Counted from the first letter of the stretch, positions 14,347 to 22,530 are shown. The stretch is 41,081 nt of DNA from a virus (IMGVR_UViG_3300048917_000111:1-41081), one strand, 5' to 3'. Made by a program: numbers and translations. The notes: generated by a model from the letters alone, not told the origin.

Positions 14347-15070
14347 GACCCTGGGTCATGGACTTCCCGCCAGTGTTCGCCTTCTGGCCTGCTGCGAACC
14401 CCTGCGATGCCGCTCCGTCGCGGCCGGTAGCCGTGCGAGACCGTCCACGTCCCTTGGCGATGCCGTCGAAGTACGACTGCACTGCCTGCGAGCGGTTGAC
14501 CAGGACCAGCTCGGTCCCAGTGGATGTGGCCTCGGCCTCCTCGATGACGCTCAGGCGGCTGTCGTGGATACGGCGACCAGCACCCGACCCGAAGCCGTGG
14601 AAGAAGCTCCGGCGTGCCTTCTCCTGGTCGTAGGTGCTCTGCCAGGCGTAGGATGCCTTGGTACCCTTCCACCACTCCTTGACAGCGACCATGCCCTGGA
14701 CCTTGAGGCTGTTGATGAGCGTCATGGCGTTGTCGACGTCCGACTGGTAGCCGATGATGTAGAGGCTGAAGACCTTACCGGTGCCTCCGGAGTACTGGAG
14801 GTTCTGCAGAGCTCCCAGGCCACGGCAGACGGCTACGCCGAGGTTGATGAGCTCGCCCCGGTATGCTCCGGTGAAGTCCATACGGACCTGCACGATCTTG
14901 TCGCTGGCCTGGCCATTTCCTGCCTTGTGAGCGTCCAGCATGGCCTGCTCGATGCCGTGCTTGACCATCAGCTTCTCAGCAGCTGCCATGAGCGCCTCAG
15001 CCTCAGCGGCATTGGTCGACTCTGCCTTGGCAAGCAGCTTGTTGATGAGGTCGATCTTCTTCTCGTTCAT
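14330..15070 (-). CDS. DUF2786-type phage protein
   Basis: N-terminal KIDLINKLLAKAESTNAAEAEALMAAAEKLMVKHGI is the DUF2786 signature. RBS ACAGGAGCACACC. Confidence 0.75.
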   Translation of the reverse strand: MNEKKIDLINKLLAKAESTNAAEAEALMAAAEKLMVKHGIEQAMLDAHKAGNGQASDKIVQVRMDFTGAYRGELINLGVAVCRGLGALQNLQYSGGTGKVFSLYIIGYQSDVDNAMTLINSLKVQGMVAVKEWWKGTKASYAWQSTYDQEKARRSFFHGFGSGAGRRIHDSRLSVIEEAEATSTGTELVLVNRSQAVQSYFDGIAKGRGRSRTATGRDGAASQGFAAGQKANTGGKSMTQGRGIGA

Positions 15071-15109
15071 GGTGTGCTCCTGTCGAGTGGTGGTTGGTGT
15101 GTTGTGATT

Positions 15110-15138
15110 AGTTTAGCTCATGTGGAGGGTGAACGCAA
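15110..15138 (-). promoter_or_regulatory. Promoter: TTGCGT-N17-TAAACT
   Basis: Reverse complement reads TTGCGT tcaccctccacatgagc TAAACT. The -35 lies in the loop of hairpin 15122..15151. Confidence 0.6.
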
Positions 15139-15151
15139 GCCCACCCTCCAC
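15122..15151 (-). terminator. 10-bp stem-loop overlapping the next promoter
   Basis: GTGGAGGGTG (15122-15131) pairs with CACCCTCCAC (15142-15151). Confidence 0.6.
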
Positions 15152-15158
15152 ATTTTGC

Positions 15159-15407
15159 TCAGAGGCCGTTCTCGTCCAGCTCGTCCTCTTCGACCTCGCT
15201 GAAGATGTCGTCCCACTGGCTGATGTTGCCGAACTGAGCTCCGTAGCGCTGACCGTTGTCGAGCACGACCTTCGTCTCGGCACCGTGGTCTTGGATGGCC
15301 TGCTCGACGGCCTCGAGGAGGTCCTGCAGGGTGATGCTGTCACCCTGGACCTGCTCGATGCTGTAGCCCTGGTTGGAACGAACGTTGAGGACGATTGCGC
15401 TTGCCAT
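15159..15407 (-). CDS. Hypothetical acidic protein (82 aa)
   Basis: RBS AAGGAGCACATC plus ATG. Confidence 0.65.
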   Translation of the reverse strand: MASAIVLNVRSNQGYSIEQVQGDSITLQDLLEAVEQAIQDHGAETKVVLDNGQRYGAQFGNISQWDDIFSEVEEDELDENGL

Positions 15408-15447
15408 GATGTGCTCCTTGGGTGAGTGGCTTGTGCTGATAGAATCT

Positions 15448-15476
15448 AGTTTAGCTCACACTTGAGGAATCCGCAA
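15448..15476 (-). promoter_or_regulatory. Promoter: TTGCGG-N17-TAAACT
   Basis: Reverse complement reads TTGCGG attcctcaagtgtgagc TAAACT. Confidence 0.6.
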
Positions 15477-15480
15477 ATCC

Positions 15481-15966
15481 TCATTCATATGAGGCTTCGA
15501 TCTCGTCCATCTCTGCCTTCGTGTAGCCGTGATCCTTCATGTTCTTCCGACGCCATTCCCGGTTCCGCCTACGCTGGTCCTCCTCGAAGTTCGGGTCGCT
15601 GACGTCTACGCTGAACGTAGGCGGGACGTTCCAGTTGACCCTTGTGGACTGGTGTACCTCTCGAGGCAGCTCCTGCTTAACCTCCGGCTTCGAGACCTCT
15701 TCTTCGCCTGCTGCCCTAAGCAGTATAGGCCGAACGAGCCCTACGTCCATAGCGTCATCCAGCATGTGGATGGCCTCGTCCAGGAGACCCATGACCTCTT
15801 CGGCCTGCTCCTGGAACTTCGTCTGGCCCTGCTTCTGGTATCGCTTGTGAGCGGCCTCTTCCGCCTCGAGCACCTTCGCCAGCTCTTCGGCCACATACAT
15901 GCGATCATCCTCTCCGTTGAGAGAATCGACCAGATTCAGGAGCTGGGCTTTCCGCCTGCTGTTCAC
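15481..15966 (-). CDS. Hypothetical helical protein (161 aa), paralog set MNxxRK
   Basis: GTG start overlapping the upstream TGA (GTGA). Sequence begins MNSRRKAQLLNLVDSL. Confidence 0.65.
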   Translation of the reverse strand: MNSRRKAQLLNLVDSLNGEDDRMYVAEELAKVLEAEEAAHKRYQKQGQTKFQEQAEEVMGLLDEAIHMLDDAMDVGLVRPILLRAAGEEEVSKPEVKQELPREVHQSTRVNWNVPPTFSVDVSDPNFEEDQRRRNREWRRKNMKDHGYTKAEMDEIEASYE

Positions 15967-16265
15967 TGTGTGCCTCCGTCGTGTGCTGCGATGAGCTCGT
16001 CCAGAGCGGTCGCGCTGTCGTGGTCCATGAGTGCCTCGTGTGCCTTCTTCAGGTGCCTGATACTGCGTCGTGTGTTCCGGTAGTTCGCGGCCGTCGTCGG
16101 ACTGTCCTTGTATCCCTCCATGGCGCGCTTCGCACGCTCCTCGCTGCTGAGCAGGTGCTCAACGCCACGCTCGACGGCTCGCAGCAGACGCGTGTCAGCT
16201 CGGCCCTTCGTAGCCTTCAGCACGTCCACCAACACGTTGAGTGTGGCCTTCCGTTCCTTGTTCAC
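15963..16265 (-). CDS. Hypothetical helical protein (100 aa), paralog set MNxxRK
   Basis: GTG start after CAGGAGG. Sequence begins MNKERKATLNVLVDVL. This is the first gene of the leftward arm. Confidence 0.65.
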   Translation of the reverse strand: MNKERKATLNVLVDVLKATKGRADTRLLRAVERGVEHLLSSEERAKRAMEGYKDSPTTAANYRNTRRSIRHLKKAHEALMDHDSATALDELIAAHDGGTQ

Positions 16266-16293
16266 CGTACCTCCTGTGGTCTCTGGTACACCA

Positions 16294-16323
16294 AGCCTAG
16301 CGCATGGGGCATGCCTGTGGCAA
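16294..16323 (-). promoter_or_regulatory. Weaker promoter candidate: TTGCCA-N18-TAGGCT
   Basis: Reverse complement reads TTGCCA caggcatgccccatgcgc TAGGCT, about 25 nt upstream of GTG 16265. Confidence 0.35.
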
Positions 16324-16531
16324 GCTGAGAGCAGTGCTTTTAATTACGAATTCCTTTTGATTTCGATTCTCTCCACTCCCGCGTCCACCTCTGGTGGTAA
16401 GCGGGATGTGTGAGAGAAAGGCTAGTGCTAGGGCAGACGGGAACCATGCTCCCGAATCCTCGACTCGCGCCAGAGGCGCGGCTCGGATCGTGATCAGGAC
16501 CCGCTGCGTAGTTGAGGAAATTGAGGTGGGC

Positions 16532-16560
16532 TTGCGTTTGGTGCTGGTGTGTGCCAAGCT
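16532..16560 (+). promoter_or_regulatory. Promoter: TTGCGT-N17-CAAGCT (start of rightward arm)
   Basis: TTGCGT ttggtgctggtgtgtgc CAAGCT, about 55 nt upstream of ATG 16616. Confidence 0.5.
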
Positions 16561-16615
16561 TGGGTTGCTGGCCCGGTGTGGGCTGGCCACCAAGATTGAA
16601 GGAGTCCACCCCATC

Positions 16616-16858
16616 ATGACGAATCAGCAGTCTCCGGAGCCTCAGCCGGAACACGTCAACTACATCCCGGGTTACGGGGTCATCCCGGATCCCCAGCCTG
16701 CTCGTCAGGAAAGCGTTCGAGTGTCGCGGGACCGCGCTCAGTACGTCCGTCAGCAGAAGGGTCACAGTCTGACTCTGCATCTGCTGCTCGGCGTGTTCGT
16801 GCTGTGGATCCCGGCTGTCTACATCAGCGTCTCGCCGAATCACTACTGGCACGCCTGA
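16616..16858 (+). CDS. Small membrane protein (80 aa)
   Basis: RBS GAAGGAG plus ATG 16616 (MTNQQSPEPQ). C-terminal TM segment LTLHLLLGVFVLWIPAVYISV. Confidence 0.6.
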   Translation: MTNQQSPEPQPEHVNYIPGYGVIPDPQPARQESVRVSRDRAQYVRQQKGHSLTLHLLLGVFVLWIPAVYISVSPNHYWHA

Positions 16859-17328
16859 TGGACGCCACGCCGGACGGTATCCTGAAGAAGGGTACGACGC
16901 TGCGTGATGTGGCCCGCGACATGACCGAACAGCGTAAGCTCGATGAGCGGTTCGCTGAGGCTCTGCGGTTGACTGACCTCCGTGAGACGGCTCTTCGGGT
17001 TCGGGCTGTTGTCTTCAATGATGAAGGCTGGCTACAGATTCGGTTGCAGTGTCGCATCTCGGAGAAGCGTGCTTGGGTTACCATGAATGAGCTGGCAGTC
17101 GCCCGTCAGTATGGAGGCGTTGTCTCTCGTGAAGAGGCCATCGTCGTGGCGGCTCTGCGTCGGTCGCTGGGCTCGATGGGAGCTACGGTACTCGCCCTGG
17201 ACGACATCGATGTTCGGGTGGGGAACGGCCAGGCCGAGTACCGTTACTGGGCACGACTGGGGAGTCGGCTCAGTGTGGCCCTGCAGACCCGTTCAGACGG
17301 GACTGTAGCGGTCGTAGGGCTGGCCTAG
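16858..17328 (+). CDS. Hypothetical protein (156 aa)
   Basis: ATG 16858 overlaps the upstream TGA (TGATG). Sequence begins MDATPDGILKK. Confidence 0.6.
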   Translation: MDATPDGILKKGTTLRDVARDMTEQRKLDERFAEALRLTDLRETALRVRAVVFNDEGWLQIRLQCRISEKRAWVTMNELAVARQYGGVVSREEAIVVAALRRSLGSMGATVLALDDIDVRVGNGQAEYRYWARLGSRLSVALQTRSDGTVAVVGLA

Positions 17329-17355
17329 GACCTGGGGATCCTGGGTCGGCCCGGC

Positions 17356-17384
17356 TTGCGTTGCTGGGGACCGGCTGGCATACT
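17356..17384 (+). promoter_or_regulatory. Promoter: TTGCGT-N17-CATACT (leaderless small terminase)
   Basis: TTGCGT tgctggggaccggctgg CATACT tgtgct ATG. Confidence 0.55.
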
Positions 17385-17390
17385 TGTGCT

Positions 17391-18020
17391 ATGCCTCCCC
17401 AGCAGCGCGCCAGCCAGGACGAGACGCCTCGTCCGCGGCGATGCCGTGCGCTCACTTCTGCGGGTCAGCAGTGCAAGCGGCCTGCCCTTCCTGGGCTCAC
17501 GGTCTGCAAGTCGCACGGAGGAGGCACTGCTGCCAGTGTCCGGACGAGCAAGAGAGCATCGGCCAGTCAGCAGGCCGCTCGGTTGTGGGGCATCGCTCCG
17601 GACGCTGGCAGCCTCTCAGTAGAGGAAGAGCTTCGTAAGCTGGCTCGGAATAAGCTTACCGATATCACGGCTCTGCGTATCAAGATCAGTGAGGATCCTG
17701 TCACTGCGCACATCGGCCGACTCCTGGAATCGGACGTTCAGGTCGAGTACGACATTGAGGGTACGGTCCAGTCGAAGTCTGGCACACAGCGGACCAAGAG
17801 CCGTCGGTCTGGCACATCGGTCTGGGTGCAGGAACTGCACAAGGCCGAGATGGAGCTGCTGCAGATTCTCAAGCTCCTGCAGGAAGTCACTGGTGGCACT
17901 GAGGAGACAGACGTCAAGCGTCTGCGTATCCAGACAGCTCGCCAGACCGCACGACTGATGAAGGCGTTCCCTGGTATCTCGGTTGACGATGTCGCCGCTG
18001 AGATCGCGAAGGGAGCGTGA
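17391..18020 (+). CDS. Terminase small subunit (putative), N-terminal Cys/His zinc-ribbon-like motif
   Basis: RCRALTSAGQQCKRPALPGLTVCKSHGG is a motif common in actinophage TerS. It lies directly upstream of TerL. Confidence 0.6.
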   Translation: MPPQQRASQDETPRPRRCRALTSAGQQCKRPALPGLTVCKSHGGGTAASVRTSKRASASQQAARLWGIAPDAGSLSVEEELRKLARNKLTDITALRIKISEDPVTAHIGRLLESDVQVEYDIEGTVQSKSGTQRTKSRRSGTSVWVQELHKAEMELLQILKLLQEVTGGTEETDVKRLRIQTARQTARLMKAFPGISVDDVAAEIAKGA

Positions 18021-18021
18021 C

Positions 18022-19449
18022 ATGTCTCTGGACTTCATGGAGCATGAGGAGCTCGAGGTCTCGTACGAGGACATCTCCGAGGACTTCACTCTCTTCTGCA
18101 AGGTGTCGGGCATTCGGGAATCGGCGCTCACAAACGTCCTGACTAACTCGCTAGATGTCGACATTCTCGACACTCCTCTGGGTTGTGTGGCCTACTCAAC
18201 GCCGCCTCAGGAAGGCAAGACGACCTGGATCGTTCACTGGATTGCCTGGCAGCTCATTAGGAATCCGTGGATGAAGGTGGTGTACGCCACGTACTCCCAG
18301 GCACGTGCCAACACGCAGTCCCAGCAGATCCGCTCCCTTGTGGAGCGCTGGACTCCACTCAAGAAGGGCTCGAAGAACAAGCAGTTCTGGGAGACTCGAG
18401 AAGGCGGAGGCCTGCTGGCAGCGGGTCGAGGTTCGGCCATGACCGGCTTCCGGTCTGACCTGACCATCATCGACGACCCCATCAAGGACATGGTCGAGGC
18501 TCAGTCCGAGCTCATCCGTGAGACTACCGTCGACTGGTTCAGCTCGGTGGTCCTGACTCGTATGTCCAACCTCTCACAGGTTATCGTAATCTGCACTCGG
18601 TGGCACAAGGACGATCTCATCGCCCACGTCGTGAAGACGCTCGACGCCGAGTACATCAATATCCCTGCTCAGGCTACACACGGTCCGACGCCCACCGATG
18701 AGGATGGGAAGGTCGACATACTAGGCCGAGAGATCGGGGAATGGCTCCCCTCGGTGCAGAACCGGAGCGAACGTAGCTGGGAGCTGATCAAGTCAGCTGT
18801 CGGCACGTACGTCTGGCAGGCGCTGTACCAAGGCGACCCTCAGGTCACCGGGGGGAGCTACATCAACGTCGACAAGATCGATGTACTGCCGTGGGAGAAC
18901 GTGGTCTTCAAGGACCAGCGTGGCTTCTGCCAGACGCTCGATCGTGCTCTCGTCATCCAGAGCTGGGACCTCACGTTCGGCTCCATCAGCCAGGCAGGCG
19001 GACGCAAGAAGCGGTCCACGTCTGGTGACTATGTGGCCGGACACGTCTACGCAGTCATCGGACAGAAGTGGATCCTCATCGACAGGGTCCACGACCGCTT
19101 CACCTTCACTGAGACGGTGAACCAGGTCCTGATGATGTCTGCCAAGTGGCCCCAGACCTCCCGTATCTACGTCGAGAAGGCAGCGAACGGGACCGCACTG
19201 CTGGATACCCTGTCCAAGCGGGCAGCCCTCATCAAGCCTGTCACGCCTGGAGGCTCCAAGGAGGTCCGGGCCCTCGCAGCTCAGCCCACGGTGGACCAGG
19301 GCAACGTAGCCATCCTGGACAGTGTCCTCGACCCGAGCATGCTGCAGGAGTTCCGTGACTTCCCGTTCGGTCCTCATGACGACGACGTGGACGCTTTCAC
19401 CCAGGCCATCAACAACGGACGAGTCGACTACTTCAAGATGGGAAGCTGA
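18022..19449 (+). CDS. Terminase large subunit
   Basis: Walker A-like PPQEGKTTWIV. Walker B LTIIDDP. C-terminal nuclease motif GPHDDDVDAFTQA. Confidence 0.9.
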   Translation: MSLDFMEHEELEVSYEDISEDFTLFCKVSGIRESALTNVLTNSLDVDILDTPLGCVAYSTPPQEGKTTWIVHWIAWQLIRNPWMKVVYATYSQARANTQSQQIRSLVERWTPLKKGSKNKQFWETREGGGLLAAGRGSAMTGFRSDLTIIDDPIKDMVEAQSELIRETTVDWFSSVVLTRMSNLSQVIVICTRWHKDDLIAHVVKTLDAEYINIPAQATHGPTPTDEDGKVDILGREIGEWLPSVQNRSERSWELIKSAVGTYVWQALYQGDPQVTGGSYINVDKIDVLPWENVVFKDQRGFCQTLDRALVIQSWDLTFGSISQAGGRKKRSTSGDYVAGHVYAVIGQKWILIDRVHDRFTFTETVNQVLMMSAKWPQTSRIYVEKAANGTALLDTLSKRAALIKPVTPGGSKEVRALAAQPTVDQGNVAILDSVLDPSMLQEFRDFPFGPHDDDVDAFTQAINNGRVDYFKMGS

Positions 19450-19451
19450 TC

Positions 19452-19622
19452 ATGGCCGGACCATATGAGCTACATGCCAAGGCAGGACCTGTGGTCGCCG
19501 GTGACCGGTCCCTGTCATCCCAGATGCTTCACCGGGCAGACGAGCTGGAAGGCTACGTCATCGACACCAGCACCGGGGAGCAGGTCTACCCCACGATCGT
19601 AGAGGAGCCCACCGATGGCTGA
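19452..19622 (+). CDS. Hypothetical small protein (56 aa), not in ORF track
   Basis: Hand translation: MAGPYELHAKAGPVVAGDRSLSSQMLHRADELEGYVIDTSTGEQVYPTIVEEPTDG. It fills the TerL-portal gap and overlaps the portal start. Confidence 0.5.
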   Translation: MAGPYELHAKAGPVVAGDRSLSSQMLHRADELEGYVIDTSTGEQVYPTIVEEPTDG

Positions 19623-20979
19623 GATTCAGACACTCAATGGCGGGCAGGAGTTCTCCAAGCTGGAGGCCTACCTCCTGTCCAAGGACAGCCCGACGTACAC
19701 CGGATACTACGACGGCAAGATGTCGTATAAGCTCCATGGCAAGTCCTGGGACGAGTACGTCGAGGAGGCTTTCGGCAACCTCAAGGGACTGCACACCAGC
19801 GAGAACGTCTTCAAGACGGTCATCGACCTCTACGCCGAGAACCTGGTCCCCGAGCCTGATGAGCTGAGCGGGTTCAGCAATTGCCTGATGCCGCTCCTGT
19901 CGCGTGGGCAGTGTCCTGTGGTGGTGGACTCCGCAGGCACTGCCCACTTCCCTGAGCACTACGAGATGATCAGTGACGGCAACTACACGGTCGCAGCGCT
20001 GTTCACTCGGAACCTCGAGGACATGCTGGACTACATCACCTTCGCCTACACCAACGGCAAGACCCGACTGTTCAGCAAGCCCATCCCTGACGACTTCGGT
20101 CCGGCGGATCACACCGAGGGCTACACCTTCGTCGAGGAGAAGAATGGGAACACCCTGCTCCGCTTCGCCCTGGACGACAAGGGCTTTGGGGCAACGATGG
20201 CAGCACTGCAGGACCGAGTGAACCACTCCATCATCGACCAGACCGTGGTCGCGGAGATGTACGCTCGGCCCTTCTGGTATCTGCTGAACGTCCAGATGCC
20301 GCCGAAGAACCCCTACATGCCTCAGTCCGGCCTGGTCGGCACCGACGCCTTCGAGGAGCAGAAGGGGGACGGAGCAGCAGGCCGTATCTTCACGACCTCG
20401 AGCGACGGTCCCTTCGGTCAGCTGGACCCGCCCACGCTCGGCGACATGGTCTCGTACCATGACAGCATCATCGATAAGGTGTCGCAGGCCAGCGGCATCC
20501 CTCAGTACTACTTCAAGCCTGGCGAGGGCACGCCTCCCACAGGTGTGGCCCTGAAGGTCATCAGCAAGCGCTTCTCGAACAAGGTGGCGCGTATGCGTGA
20601 GGACATCAAGGAGAACATGGAGGAGCTCGCCAAGCTGCTCAAGGTTCCCAAGAACTACAAGGACCCGGAGACGGAAGAGATGTCCTATGAGCTGTGGGAC
20701 ACCGACGATGACCTCCTGCAGGAGTCGCGAGACGCTCACGGTACGGCACTGTCGGCGATGGGCTACCCACTGGACTACATCGCCTCTGTCGTGACGCCTG
20801 GTGTCGACCTGAACGACTACCAGGACGACAGCTTGGGTGTTCCGGTTCCGCCTCCCGGCCAGCCTGCTGACCCGAACGCTCCGGTCGACATGACTGCGAT
20901 GGGCCAGAAGGGTCTCACGGCCACACCAGGACAGGTCCAGGCGTATGCCCAGAACCCCGGCCAGAAGGCGGCGAAGTGA
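19615..20979 (+). CDS. Portal protein
   Basis: 454 aa, immediately after terminase and before MuF. Acidic/Pro-rich C-terminus. Confidence 0.75.
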   Translation: MAEIQTLNGGQEFSKLEAYLLSKDSPTYTGYYDGKMSYKLHGKSWDEYVEEAFGNLKGLHTSENVFKTVIDLYAENLVPEPDELSGFSNCLMPLLSRGQCPVVVDSAGTAHFPEHYEMISDGNYTVAALFTRNLEDMLDYITFAYTNGKTRLFSKPIPDDFGPADHTEGYTFVEEKNGNTLLRFALDDKGFGATMAALQDRVNHSIIDQTVVAEMYARPFWYLLNVQMPPKNPYMPQSGLVGTDAFEEQKGDGAAGRIFTTSSDGPFGQLDPPTLGDMVSYHDSIIDKVSQASGIPQYYFKPGEGTPPTGVALKVISKRFSNKVARMREDIKENMEELAKLLKVPKNYKDPETEEMSYELWDTDDDLLQESRDAHGTALSAMGYPLDYIASVVTPGVDLNDYQDDSLGVPVPPPGQPADPNAPVDMTAMGQKGLTATPGQVQAYAQNPGQKAAK

Positions 20980-21149
20980 GCGGCTGGAGCTACGAGGTCC
21001 CGAAGGCTGACGCTGTCCCCCAGCGGCCTCCGCAGTCAGCACAGACCTACCCGATGGGCACCGTGGCAACGGGTCCTGACGGTCACCGCTGGACGTGTGA
21101 GTGGGACGAGCAGGATCACCGTCACATGTGGGTCATGGAGAAGGACTGA
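20976..21149 (+). CDS. Hypothetical small protein (57 aa, GTG start), not in ORF track
   Basis: GTGA overlap with the portal stop. Sequence is VSGWSYEVPKADAVPQRPPQSAQTYPMGTVATGPDGHRWTCEWDEQDHRHMWVMEKD. Confidence 0.45.
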   Translation: MSGWSYEVPKADAVPQRPPQSAQTYPMGTVATGPDGHRWTCEWDEQDHRHMWVMEKD

Positions 21150-21151
21150 CC

Positions 21152-22411
21152 ATGCCCACCATCCCGACCGGACGACTGGAGGCGGAGCTGCGTAAGCTCT
21201 ACCTCCAGTGGGTGTCTGGCCTGAACTTCGATGATCAGGACATTCACAAGGCGATGGCCAGCTTCTCCAAGAGGTCCCAGGCTCTCATCGAGAAGATGGG
21301 CGGCGACGTGGCTCGGCTGGGTGCCCTGGCGGACTTCCCTGCTCCCAAGGAGCTGGACTTGTCCCTTCACGCCGGAACGGTCTACAACCAGATGCAACTC
21401 GCCACTGTGCAGGCTCGCATCACGGCCGGTCTCAATAGCCGGACTGCTGCTCAGGCCATGTTCCGAGCAGGCATGGACAAGTCGTACCGTCGGCTCGAGC
21501 GCCTAGCTCGCACAGAAACCGTCAGCGCCTACTGGAAGAACGCCTGGGACTCCATCTCTAGCCTGCCTGCCCTGGTCATGGTGTGGGGAGCAGAGAACGG
21601 GCCCAGGACGTGCCAGTGGTGCAAGGAGCGGGACGGTATGGTCCTGGACGGTCCGGACATCCGGGATCACCCGAACGGCCGATGCACTCCCATCCCGACC
21701 CTCCGGTCTGAGGTCCACTACAAGGGCTCCGTCCGGAGTGATGGCGAGATCTACAGTGACCCGGCATGGGAGGCTCAGCCTGATCCCAAGTTCCCGAGCC
21801 AGCCTGTCGAGAGTGTGCCCCTGGCAGCATCCACGTCCGAGGGTCAGTTCGACAGTCGTGTGGTGTGGCCGAAGGCTGGTGAGCGTGACCTCCCGTTCTC
21901 GGCTCTGCTCGACTCTGAGGAGCACCGTATTGAGAGTGCCCTGAACCGCTACCTGTCGGGTGGCTACCAGACCATCAACGATGCGCTGCGACGCGGTCTC
22001 AAGACGGATGCCACTCTCACCGACCAGATCAACATCCTGAAGAAGGTCACGTCGGAGGTCACTACCAAGGACCTGACCCTCAACCGAGGGATGGGTAGCG
22101 TCGACTTCCTGGGTGCTAAGTTCCGTAAGCCTGACTTCGACCCGGCAACCCTGGTCGGCAAGTCGTTCACTGACAAGGGCTTCGTCAGCACGAGCCACGC
22201 CGGGGACATCCCCCTGGTGGACTTCGACAGCATGCCGGTACAGATGGAGATCATGGCTCCCAAGGGCACGCATGGCTCACTGATGGGCAACACTGAGGAG
22301 CGGGAGTTCGTCCTGGCTCCTGGCAGCACGTTCACCATCGTGGACGCAGTACGGTCAGCCGAGGGTAAGCTCCGGCTTCGTGTGGTTCTGACCCAGAAGG
22401 GGATGAAATGA
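21152..22411 (+). CDS. MuF-like minor capsid (head morphogenesis) protein fused to a C-terminal R-S-ExE ADP-ribosyltransferase domain
   Basis: MuF motifs: RLARTETVSAYWKNAW, CQWCKERDG, HPNGRCTPIP. ART motifs: YLSGGYQTINDALR, LNRG (Arg), FVSTS (STS), EEREF (ExE). Confidence 0.85.
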   Translation: MPTIPTGRLEAELRKLYLQWVSGLNFDDQDIHKAMASFSKRSQALIEKMGGDVARLGALADFPAPKELDLSLHAGTVYNQMQLATVQARITAGLNSRTAAQAMFRAGMDKSYRRLERLARTETVSAYWKNAWDSISSLPALVMVWGAENGPRTCQWCKERDGMVLDGPDIRDHPNGRCTPIPTLRSEVHYKGSVRSDGEIYSDPAWEAQPDPKFPSQPVESVPLAASTSEGQFDSRVVWPKAGERDLPFSALLDSEEHRIESALNRYLSGGYQTINDALRRGLKTDATLTDQINILKKVTSEVTTKDLTLNRGMGSVDFLGAKFRKPDFDPATLVGKSFTDKGFVSTSHAGDIPLVDFDSMPVQMEIMAPKGTHGSLMGNTEEREFVLAPGSTFTIVDAVRSAEGKLRLRVVLTQKGMK

Positions 22412-22530
22412 CCAACCGTATGACAGATACTTCCGGTTTCGAGGAGGTTCCCTCGGAGCTGGACCAGGCTCTGGCCATCGTGCCAGAGTACGACGCTTCC
22501 AAGGAGGAAGATCCGAAGCCCGACCTCTAG
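22408..22530 (+). CDS. Hypothetical small acidic protein (40 aa), not in ORF track
   Basis: ATGA overlap with the MuF-ART stop. Sequence is MTNRMTDTSGFEEVPSELDQALAIVPEYDASKEEDPKPDL. Confidence 0.4.
   Translation: MTNRMTDTSGFEEVPSELDQALAIVPEYDASKEEDPKPDL

Noticed and set aside
19558-21069. Very long antisense ORFs opposite structural or replication genes. Examples: 19558..21069 (503 aa), 28773..30791 (672 aa), 30727..32577 (616 aa), 36135..37613 (492 aa), 22593..23756 (387 aa), 5681..7024 (447 aa), 7489..8898 (469 aa).
   Set aside because: They lie opposite genes with clear functional motifs. Their translations are Arg/Gly/Asp/His-rich low-information strings, which is typical of stop-codon-poor antisense frames in high-GC DNA. 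They also lack RBS or promoter context.
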